A stretch of 64,000 bases of DNA from Promethearchaeota archaeon (GTDB taxonomy: Archaea; Asgardarchaeota; Lokiarchaeia; Sigyniarchaeales; SOKP01): NCBI GenBank assembly GCA_048938005.1, contig JBHLMQ010000011.1, forward strand, positions 31,134-95,133, written 5' to 3'. This document shows positions 20,891 to 29,521 of the stretch, piece after piece. The notes beneath the pieces are model-generated. The model was given only the letters and a program-made list of their open reading frames with translations. It was not told where the DNA came from and ran no database searches. Within the stretch, counting starts at the first letter, position 1. Each line of letters opens with the position of its first letter. The position numbers were made by a program, and so were the translations under genes.

Positions 20891-20927
20891 TTTAGATTTA
20901 CATTCGTAACTTATCACAAAGTTCAAA
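20891..20927 (-). repeat. inverted repeat / operator copy D
   Basis: 33/37 nt reverse-complement match to 22467-22503. Confidence 0.8.
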
Positions 20928-20933
20928 TAGGAT

Positions 20934-22283
20934 TTAAAAATTATCTTTTAACTTTCTTCTAATTTCATCCAAAATTACATATTTTGGAAATTCCACCAAA
21001 AAGGGGATTATCTTTCTTCTCCCTGGAGTTAAAGTACTAAACTCATTTAAATCTAAGTTCAATATATTTTGATACGCTATACCCTTGAATTTATCCATTA
21101 AATTCTGTGGATGGGAATCTCTTTGAAATTTTAAGTAGATAAATCTTATGTATTCTTGTAAGAATTTCCTTAATAATGGCTTTATTCTTTTATCAAATAG
21201 TTTATTGCAAACGTCATTTAAAATATTATCTAGTAAAATTGCTGTTTCTAAAACTTTTTTATTATCTGAAATATCTGGTTGTAGTTTATTAAGATAACTA
21301 TATTTAACAATATTCTCATCTAAAATTAAATACATCATCTGCTCAATCTTTTCGCCTTCTCGAAAATAGTAAGTTGCATTATTATCAATAATAAATTTAA
21401 AAAATTTTATATTATAGAGATTCTCTTCTACAATATTTTGTATTAAAAAGTTAAGAGTTGGAATTTTGATATTATATTTAAGAGAGAAATCTTTAGGTAA
21501 TATATAATCTGGATAATTATTTGGGTGATTAATAGAGAGGTATAATATAATTTTATAAAAATCCTCCTTGCTTACTAATGACTTTTCAGTTTTAGTATAA
21601 TCTAAAAGATTAAACAAGTCAAAAAATATAATTTTAATGTTATTATTTTTAACTTCATACTCTTCTAGGAAAGCATTAACAGTTTTCTTGAGTTTTTCGA
21701 TTCCTTTAATTTCTTCTTCTAAAATTGATTTGTAGTCTAAATCATAAAGTTTTAATATTTTATTATACTCAGATACGCCTTTTCTTGTAATTTGATACTT
21801 AGAATTGTCTTTCTTTATAAATGTTTTTTTTAATAAGAGATTTAAATTTTTTGATAAAGAATTATGATTAATTGAGAGAGGTTTCTCAATGAAATCTGAC
21901 CATTTACAATAATTGTTATTAAATAGCATCCAAAGAATTATATGGTCGTAATTTCTCTTATTTAAAATTATTTCTGGAGGATATCTTAGTTTCTTGCCGA
22001 ATGAGTCTTTAAATCTTAGATCAAAATAACGTTTTCTTCCTTCAGGTGTAACTTTATAGAGACCTTTCTCTTTTTTTACTACATGTTCGTTTGTCATTAA
22101 TTTTTTCATATATTTTGATAATGTAGCGAGATTAAATTTCAAGGGATCATCTAAAAAGTCAGACCAATTACATTCTTCATTATTATTAAGCATCCACAGA
22201 ATAATATATTCAAAATCTTTCTTTTCGATTCCAGGGGGATTAATTAATTCTTGAGGAGGATAAATTATATTTTTTCCAGTAAT
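20934..22283 (-). CDS. tandem winged-helix regulator, copy 2 (probable ATT start; first ATG 22193)
   Basis: Close paralog of 12056..13399 in the opposite orientation. Confidence 0.8.
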   Translation of the reverse strand: MTGKNIIYPPQELINPPGIEKKDFEYIILWMLNNNEECNWSDFLDDPLKFNLATLSKYMKKLMTNEHVVKKEKGLYKVTPEGRKRYFDLRFKDSFGKKLRYPPEIILNKRNYDHIILWMLFNNNYCKWSDFIEKPLSINHNSLSKNLNLLLKKTFIKKDNSKYQITRKGVSEYNKILKLYDLDYKSILEEEIKGIEKLKKTVNAFLEEYEVKNNNIKIIFFDLFNLLDYTKTEKSLVSKEDFYKIILYLSINHPNNYPDYILPKDFSLKYNIKIPTLNFLIQNIVEENLYNIKFFKFIIDNNATYYFREGEKIEQMMYLILDENIVKYSYLNKLQPDISDNKKVLETAILLDNILNDVCNKLFDKRIKPLLRKFLQEYIRFIYLKFQRDSHPQNLMDKFKGIAYQNILNLDLNEFSTLTPGRRKIIPFLVEFPKYVILDEIRRKLKDNF

Positions 22284-22466
22284 CTTATGAAATCACCGTG
22301 GATCTCTTGATTTTTAATAATATACATTATTTCCAACATTTCTTAGACTTAAATTTCCAATATCTGTATAAAAATATGCAAGACGGATTTAAATAGTTTA
22401 ATCTAAATAAAAATCTACTCATTTTATCCAAATCTCTTATTAATCTCAATTTAAAATTCAATAGAC

Positions 22467-22503
22467 TTTGAACTTTGTGAAAAGTTACTAAGCTAAATCT
22501 AAA
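22467..22503 (+). repeat. inverted repeat / operator copy E
   Basis: TTTGAACTTTGTGAAAAGTTACTAAGCTAAATCTAAA, about 60 nt upstream of 22563. Confidence 0.8.
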
Positions 22504-22562
22504 TATTAAAATGTGATCTAAACGTCATTTGACAGCAATCAAAAAAATGAGGCTGTATAAAA

Positions 22563-23207
22563 ATGAAGAAATCTAATTTAATGAAAAAATTGATGTTGCT
22601 AACTTTAGTAGGGCTTATGATCTCTGGTTTTACAATAGGAGTTCTAGGAGCAAAAACCGAAAAAATTAGACCGCTTGAAGAATGGGGTGAAGTTAATCCC
22701 TGGCTTGGTGTTTCGTTTGTTTTCCCTAGAGCGTTTTTTTCTTATGACTGGTATGGTGAACTTGCCGACCCTGATATAACCTATAATGGGTTCATTCTCG
22801 AACAAGAGAACTCTGATGGATCCATCGATGTAAAAGTGAACTTACGCATCCACAATTTACCTATGGGTGTGCTTGAAGTGGGAAAAGGCTTAATATTTAT
22901 GGGGATTGGAGAGCTATATTTTTATATAGAATTCACAATGGATAATGGATACTATGGTATTGAACTACCAACATTAGATAATCTTTTTGAGAATTACACC
23001 TTTGGAATCCATGGCCAATTAAAATCAATACATGAAATTGCTAATGGTTCTGGATATTATTTTGAACCTGGTATGGAACCCGTACCGGCACAAGTCACAT
23101 ATAAAGGATTAGGGTTAGTAAAACCCGATATAAGAGAAGATCATCCATTGCGTGAAATTTACCCTATAATTTGGCCTGGTGAATTCATAGATATTCATAT
23201 GATATAA
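22563..23207 (+). CDS. secreted hypothetical protein (type B)
   Basis: Signal peptide MKKSNLMKK...; similar to 32773 (YxGxxLE..DG, terminal IWPxxFI). Confidence 0.7.
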   Translation: MKKSNLMKKLMLLTLVGLMISGFTIGVLGAKTEKIRPLEEWGEVNPWLGVSFVFPRAFFSYDWYGELADPDITYNGFILEQENSDGSIDVKVNLRIHNLPMGVLEVGKGLIFMGIGELYFYIEFTMDNGYYGIELPTLDNLFENYTFGIHGQLKSIHEIANGSGYYFEPGMEPVPAQVTYKGLGLVKPDIREDHPLREIYPIIWPGEFIDIHMI

Positions 23208-23247
23208 GAAAGGCAGATACCTATCTAGGGTTGAATTTTTTAATTAA

Positions 23248-23337
23248 ATATAGAAGCGGAGGTTTAAGTTTAGATAATTGGTCTCTCGATAAACCATACC
23301 TAAATTATTATTCCTCCTTTCTATATCTTTTTTTTTT
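23248..23337 (+). terminator. long hairpin + poly-T after type B gene
   Basis: ATATAGAA/TTCTATAT, GGAGG/CCTCC, TTTAG/CTAAA, TGGT/ACCA stems followed by a T-run. Confidence 0.6.
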
Positions 23338-23443
23338 AAATTTCGAAATTATTATTAATGAAAATAAGAGTTTTAACAAACCTTTTTATTTTTTAAAATC
23401 TAATCATATTTTAAGTACAATCCTGTAGTATTTATTCTAATCT

Positions 23444-23989
23444 ATGAGTAGCTCTGGAAAAAAATTAAAATTTAAAGTTACTGTTATAGGGGATGGAAGA
23501 GTCGGAAAAACATCCCTAATTAAAAAATTCACACTTGGCACATTTGAAACGGATTATGTTGAGACTATTGGGGCCCAATTTTCTAAATATGATAAAGAGA
23601 TCAATAGTGATAATATTAGATTAATATTTTGGGATATTGCCGGACAACGAGATTTCGATTTTCTACGTCCTTCCTTTTATAGAGAGAGCAATGCCGCTAT
23701 CATTGTATATAGTCTTGAAGAGAATCAACTGGGGAAGCGTAGCTTTGAACACATAACAGATTGGCATCAGGATATTAAACAGTTCTGTGGAGATATCCCT
23801 ATTGTTCTTTTTGCTAATAAAATTGATTTAATTGATGAGTCTAATTTAGAGCACTCTGAAATTCAAAATATTGCAAATAAATTTAGTTTTCTTGGCTATT
23901 ATATAACATCCGCCAAAACAGGTCAGGGAGTTTATCAAGCATTTAACGCTATTATTGAAGAATTATATTATAAATCTAAAGCAATTTAA
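23444..23989 (+). CDS. Rab-like small GTPase
   Basis: GDGRVGKTS, TIG, WDIAGQ, NKID, SAK: all G-motifs intact. Confidence 0.92.
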   Translation: MSSSGKKLKFKVTVIGDGRVGKTSLIKKFTLGTFETDYVETIGAQFSKYDKEINSDNIRLIFWDIAGQRDFDFLRPSFYRESNAAIIVYSLEENQLGKRSFEHITDWHQDIKQFCGDIPIVLFANKIDLIDESNLEHSEIQNIANKFSFLGYYITSAKTGQGVYQAFNAIIEELYYKSKAI

Positions 23990-24170
23990 ATTCTACTTAC
24001 AAATTCTTAAGAAAATAATAGAGAGAATTTGACAAGATTGTACATTCTACTGACCAAAAACCTTATTTATGAATCTATCTCATATTTATTTTGTATTAAA
24101 ATAGAGGAATCTAATAAAATGCCTATTGTAATATTTTTATCATTAGAGAATAACCTAAGTGAATCTTATA

Positions 24171-25970
24171 ATGAGTACAGACAAGAAAACACAAAAGAAA
24201 ATACTTCCTAAAAAGGAAGGCCGATTATTAAAGAAAAGGACGATTATAGCTTTTGGAACAGTGGCTGTTGTGGCTATAGCAGGTATTATTGGTGGTATAT
24301 ACCTTTTCAGTGAACCAGCTAAATATCCTAACTTGACTGTAGGAACAATTTGTGGAATATGGGGAGCGATTGATCCATTAAATACCATTGCTCCAACAGA
24401 TTATGATGTTATAAGTCAAGTTGTTGAAGGATTATTTGATCATGAAATGGTGGGTGGTAATTCTTTACTTACCCATAATTTAGCGATAAATCATATCTGG
24501 AGTAATGATTATTTAAATCTTACTTGCTATCTCAGACAAGGCGTTAAATTCCACGATGGAACAATATTTAATGCTGCCGCGGTTAAATGGAATATCGATA
24601 GAATTTATAACCTTATGAATCTCGGCGAAAAACCATATTTTTTATATGACTGGCTTATACCGAATGGTACAAAGTTTGTAGATGGATCTAAAGTTGCCAA
24701 TAGCGCTAGGAGGATTATTAATGATACTGAAATTATTAATGATTACACAATTAAGTTTGTTTTAAACAAACCATACCTCCCACTTCCAGCATTATTAGCT
24801 TCTGTTCATTCTTATATCCTGTCACCAACTTCCACTCCCTTTGATAGTTTCATTCCAATTGATGGAGATTTAATTGGAACAGGGCCCTTTATCTATGATA
24901 ATTATATAGAAAATGATAAAATAATATTTTCTTCTAATCCATCTTATTGGGGTGGGCAACCAAAGATAAATAACTTAATTTTTTTAATTCTTAATAAGAC
25001 TGCTCGATATGATGCTTTATTATCAGGAGAAGTTTCAATGCTTAATAGCTTTAATCATTTATATGACCCAACCCCCGATGCAATTTATTATGATGATACT
25101 ATTGATGTGGATTCATTTTTTGATGATCCTTCTATTATAATCCAAAAGGGTCCACCAGCATTCACCTTCACCTATCTTATTATGAATAATAAATTGATCC
25201 CTGTAGAAATGCGAGAAGCAATCTCTTATAGCCTTGATTATTCTTCCATAATCGAAGAAATGATTAACGGGCATGGTACAAGACTTAAATCACCTATTCC
25301 TGAAGGGATGAAGTATTCAAATATCACAGATATCGATTATCCTTATTATAATATCTCCAAAGCAAGAAGTGCATTGAAAGATGCTGGATGGCCCGGTACT
25401 GCTAATTTAACTGCAAATAATAATATCACTACTGGTAATGAATGGGAAAAATTAGTAGATGATGGAACACCTCTCGCAATATATAATTTTACCTATACCT
25501 TAAATGATTTTTTAGCTATAAATTTTGCGCCTTTAATAGCAAATTATCTTAAACAAATTGGCATTAAGTTAGAAGACGCTATTATTTCAGATATAGTGTC
25601 TTATTATATTTATTTTGAAAGATTTGGGTACAACCTCAACATGATTGAGCTTAGTATAATGGGATTTAATGGTCCCTGGTATAACGATCCTAGCAGTATT
25701 ATTAATTGGATGTATTCCAATAAAACAATAGATCTGAATTATTCTCAATTTAACGATACAAAAATTCAAGATTGGTTAGAAGAGGCCTTAGAGGAGTCTG
25801 ACCAGAATGTAAGATCACAAATATACTTTGATATTCAAAAAAAGGTTATGGAAGAACTTTTTCCATATTGTTTCCTCTATAGGAAAAATTTTTTGAGCAT
25901 TTTCCGATCGGATGTAAAGGGATGGGAAGTCCAACAATTTAAATCAAATTTTAAAAATGTTTATTTTTAA
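24171..25970 (+). CDS. membrane-anchored family-5 solute-binding protein, copy 3
   Basis: LRQGVKFHDGTIFNA, IGTGPF, REAISYS. Confidence 0.9.
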   Translation: MSTDKKTQKKILPKKEGRLLKKRTIIAFGTVAVVAIAGIIGGIYLFSEPAKYPNLTVGTICGIWGAIDPLNTIAPTDYDVISQVVEGLFDHEMVGGNSLLTHNLAINHIWSNDYLNLTCYLRQGVKFHDGTIFNAAAVKWNIDRIYNLMNLGEKPYFLYDWLIPNGTKFVDGSKVANSARRIINDTEIINDYTIKFVLNKPYLPLPALLASVHSYILSPTSTPFDSFIPIDGDLIGTGPFIYDNYIENDKIIFSSNPSYWGGQPKINNLIFLILNKTARYDALLSGEVSMLNSFNHLYDPTPDAIYYDDTIDVDSFFDDPSIIIQKGPPAFTFTYLIMNNKLIPVEMREAISYSLDYSSIIEEMINGHGTRLKSPIPEGMKYSNITDIDYPYYNISKARSALKDAGWPGTANLTANNNITTGNEWEKLVDDGTPLAIYNFTYTLNDFLAINFAPLIANYLKQIGIKLEDAIISDIVSYYIYFERFGYNLNMIELSIMGFNGPWYNDPSSIINWMYSNKTIDLNYSQFNDTKIQDWLEEALEESDQNVRSQIYFDIQKKVMEELFPYCFLYRKNFLSIFRSDVKGWEVQQFKSNFKNVYF

Positions 25971-25987
25971 TTATGATATTAGTAGCT

Positions 25988-26983
25988 TTAGCTATTATTG
26001 AGATCAAGTACCAAATAGAGCCCATTTGAATTATTAAATAATAAATTATAGTTATTTTTAGTTGGATAATCATCGGACCATAGATAAAAAATATCTTGCT
26101 CATCTGAAGGAATAGAATTGAATCCTATAACCTGATTCATAGCTTGACGTAAAGAGAGATCATCAGCATTGTAATATAAAGTAAAGTATGCCCCAACATC
26201 TGTATTATCATCTTTATACTTAAATCTAATATTACCATGATCATGAGAGATGGTACCAGAAACGTTTGCATTCATATCAGTATATTGAAAAATTTCAATT
26301 AAGAAATCTCCTGATCCAGTATTGAGAACCCAAGTAGTGTTTTGTGAGTATTCTATATTATATGTTTTTAATTCTATATTTCCTGTTTCCTGGATAATTC
26401 CGGTTAAATTACCTTCTAAAATACAGTAGGAAAAGTCATAGTGAATGTTGCCTTTTGAAATGTTAGTTAGTATATTCCCAACAGAAATACCATATGGAAC
26501 TGCTATTTTAACACCTCCTTGAACATTGACAACTACACTAATATCACATATTATATCTGCTTTAAGCGCTACAGCTATGTTGACATTCTTTATAAGGGAT
26601 AATATTTCAGCTTGATCTATACCTGCTTTTAGCTCCATGCTAAAGTTTACGATACCGCTTGTATTTTGCCAAACAATCTTGAAATAATCTGAATAATTTT
26701 TTTCAATTAAATTTGGACCTATCATTTCAATACTTACCTCAATTTTGGCATCATAATCAACTGGGGGATCAATATATTGTATTTCAATATTTCCTATATC
26801 AACATATAGGTTTAATTTGTCAAGATAAGGAGGTGAAATTGGAGCATATTTATAAGTAAGAAACTTATTAAGCTTACCATAAGATGAGAGCCCAACTGAG
26901 AGAAATGTGATTGGAGCGGCAATAATAAAACTGAACACAATTACAATCATTATAGCAATAGCACTTATAACATTCCTAGCCAT
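25988..26983 (-). CDS. membrane-anchored beta-rich extracellular protein, copy 3
   Basis: Paralog of 7845 and 16716. Confidence 0.7.
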   Translation of the reverse strand: MARNVISAIAIMIVIVFSFIIAAPITFLSVGLSSYGKLNKFLTYKYAPISPPYLDKLNLYVDIGNIEIQYIDPPVDYDAKIEVSIEMIGPNLIEKNYSDYFKIVWQNTSGIVNFSMELKAGIDQAEILSLIKNVNIAVALKADIICDISVVVNVQGGVKIAVPYGISVGNILTNISKGNIHYDFSYCILEGNLTGIIQETGNIELKTYNIEYSQNTTWVLNTGSGDFLIEIFQYTDMNANVSGTISHDHGNIRFKYKDDNTDVGAYFTLYYNADDLSLRQAMNQVIGFNSIPSDEQDIFYLWSDDYPTKNNYNLLFNNSNGLYLVLDLNNS

Positions 26984-27215
26984 CTTTAAATCTTATGTAA
27001 AGGTTTATTAATTTTACAATTATTTAGATAAGAGAGCCTTTTATTTAAATTAATCCATCTAAATCATTCAATTATTATTCAATTCTCTCTATAATAAATT
27101 AGATAAATCAAAGTGCGAAAAATCAAAACTCTTTTATATTGATATCTCTTATAGGCTAATTATTGTAAAAGAGTATAATTTTGTTTTTTTTAGGTGATTC
27201 TAAGCAATTATTTTT

Positions 27216-28274
27216 ATTGTTTATGACGCATTAGAGCGTTTTTTTGCAGGTTTTGCGATTTTTACATTAATAATTAGCAGTTTAATGTATGTATCTCGAG
27301 GTCGTAAAAGAGAAATTATACATGAAAAAATGCTAATGTACGGATTTGCAAGCTTTTGGCTAAGTATTGGATTGGCACGTCTTTTCTTTTATTTCTCTGA
27401 TTTTTTTTTAGAAGGGACTTATACGGGTGATTTAAGCATAATAATTCAAACTTATGACATCATTCACTATACTTTTCTTTATTTCTATTTATATTTTTAT
27501 GTCTATATCTTCATTAATATAATATCTTTAACCATATTGTTTATTTGGTTTTCTATGAGATCGAAAAAGGAATTCCAAGCAATATCCTCTGTGATGGCAA
27601 TTGGATTTACTGTATGTTTGATAGGATGGGCTTTTGAGACAATGATTGTAAAAGATTTAAATCTAATTTCTCCAATAATCCCCCCTATACTTGTCTTAAT
27701 TGGTGCGATCATCGCAATAGCCCCTTTAATTATCAATCTTGAGTTTTTTTATAGATCTTTAGCTATTTGGTTTGTAGCAATTTTAATTAGTTTTATATTG
27801 ATATTTTTAGGATTGACATTTTTTACTAATTTTCCTTTACCAATAATAAGTCTAATAATAATCTCTATTTCAGCTCTGGCACTGGTATTGTTAACAGTTT
27901 ATATATCGATTAGCATAGTTAAGAGAGTTAGAACACGAGAAGATACTTCTCCGGTTAAAAAAGAGGAACTCAAAGATTTTCTTACTATTTTCACTAAACC
28001 TCAAACCATTACTGAAGAAGAACTTAATACTTATAGAGAAAAGAAAATTTGCGTCGTATGTAAAAGTAAAGTTTCACGACTAAATTATGTGTGTCCCGAA
28101 TGTGATGTCTTATATTGCATTAGATGCTCTAAAGCGTTAGTTAATTTAGAAAATGCATGTTGGGTATGTGATACTCCTATCAATATATCAGATCAGGTTC
28201 CAGTTTTGAAAGTAGAGGAATTATTAAAAGAAACAGAATTAAATCCTAATGACAAAGAAATTAGAAATAATTAA
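27216..28274 (+). CDS. multi-pass membrane protein with C4C4 RING-like finger, copy 3 (probable ATT start; first ATG 27285)
   Basis: IVYDALERFFAGFAIF upstream of the ATG aligns with the copy-1 N-terminus; CVVC-x10-CPEC-x4-CIRC-x10-CWVC. Confidence 0.8.
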   Translation: MVYDALERFFAGFAIFTLIISSLMYVSRGRKREIIHEKMLMYGFASFWLSIGLARLFFYFSDFFLEGTYTGDLSIIIQTYDIIHYTFLYFYLYFYVYIFINIISLTILFIWFSMRSKKEFQAISSVMAIGFTVCLIGWAFETMIVKDLNLISPIIPPILVLIGAIIAIAPLIINLEFFYRSLAIWFVAILISFILIFLGLTFFTNFPLPIISLIIISISALALVLLTVYISISIVKRVRTREDTSPVKKEELKDFLTIFTKPQTITEEELNTYREKKICVVCKSKVSRLNYVCPECDVLYCIRCSKALVNLENACWVCDTPINISDQVPVLKVEELLKETELNPNDKEIRNN

Positions 28275-28326
28275 ATAAAGCGAGAAAAAAAATAAAATGA
28301 GTAAACCTTAAAATAAAAGTGATTTT

Positions 28327-28548
28327 ATGATTTTTGACCTTTTCTCTTTAATGATGACGCTTCTTTTGGTTTTTATATTAATCCCATTTATAATTTTATC
28401 TTTTATAGCGATTTGGGTATATAGAGATGCTAAAAAAAAAAGGATTAATGCAGCTATATGGGTTATCATCATATGGATAATTCCTTTTTTTATTGGTGTA
28501 ATTATATACTTTATAATGAGAGATAAAATCTCAGAAGAAGTTCAATGA
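28327..28548 (+). CDS. small 2-TM protein (WVYRDA, PLDc_N-like)
   Basis: Paralog of 10041. Confidence 0.7.
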   Translation: MIFDLFSLMMTLLLVFILIPFIILSFIAIWVYRDAKKKRINAAIWVIIIWIIPFFIGVIIYFIMRDKISEEVQ

Positions 28549-28568
28549 GTTTTTTATTGGATACTTAG

Positions 28569-29450
28569 TCAATCATAAATTTCAAAAACGTTATTTAACA
28601 TTTCCTTTATTATTGAAAAAATCTTATTTTCAGCATCTTTTGATTTTGCTGAAAAACCAAATGTTCTAACTCCAAAAATTTCCTCAACTTCTTCTGGTTC
28701 GAGAGAGACCTTATCTAAATCTTGAAAGTTTGCGATTACAAAGAAGGTTGCTTTCTTTACTTTTGGTCTTAATGATAAGAATAATTTCTGGGTTTTACTT
28801 ATATTAGTTGCACCCGAATTAGTAACAAGACAAATTATATCAATAGAATCTAAGAGTTGTCTGTAAGATCTTGAATTATCAACCAATTCCTTTAAATTAA
28901 TTTCCCTTAAAATACACTCATTAATACTCTTAAAATCAGGTAAGAAAATAGATTTTTGTATAACTTCTCTCATGTCTTCATCTAATTCAATTATTGTTTC
29001 TCCTGCAAATAAGTTCATTATAGTAGTCTTACCAACACCATCCTCGCCAACCAACAAAATTATAGGAGGAATAAAAATGTGTTTTTCAACAAATTCATCA
29101 AAACTTTCAAATTTTCCTATATCATGATCCCAATTTATTAAATCATCATGATATCGTTTGATAAATTCCTTTTTTAGAAGTTCCAATTTATTCCTTAGTT
29201 TTTCCTCTGGGTCATTGATATCAGCTAATAATATAAAAATGCAACGCTTATCATTATCATAAGAATAGATAATGTTAAAATTTCTAAAATTTAATGATCT
29301 TATTTCTCCTCCTCCAATCTTTTTAGAAATATCAATAGTCGCTGTGAGAAATGCACTTACAAAATCCTCATCAATCTGATTTGTACCAAATAGCGTTTTT
29401 GAATAACAAAGTATACCGCTAGATAATATAATTAAAACCTTAGAAATCAT
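28569..29450 (-). CDS. longin-like domain fused to atypical small GTPase
   Basis: N-terminal SGILCYSK...VSAFLTA...GEIRSL longin pattern; GEDGVGKTT, NFQD, FSAK; no DxxG. Confidence 0.8.
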   Translation of the reverse strand: MISKVLIILSSGILCYSKTLFGTNQIDEDFVSAFLTATIDISKKIGGGEIRSLNFRNFNIIYSYDNDKRCIFILLADINDPEEKLRNKLELLKKEFIKRYHDDLINWDHDIGKFESFDEFVEKHIFIPPIILLVGEDGVGKTTIMNLFAGETIIELDEDMREVIQKSIFLPDFKSINECILREINLKELVDNSRSYRQLLDSIDIICLVTNSGATNISKTQKLFLSLRPKVKKATFFVIANFQDLDKVSLEPEEVEEIFGVRTFGFSAKSKDAENKIFSIIKEMLNNVFEIYD

Positions 29451-29521
29451 CTGAGATTTCGAAATTTTCTTTTTTATTTTGACTAATATTTAATCATAAT
29501 ATGATTGAAAAATTATAATAA

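Noticed and set aside
23231-23428. 65-aa ORF in the track
   Set aside because: Overlaps the hairpin/poly-T element, TTG start, no recognisable motif
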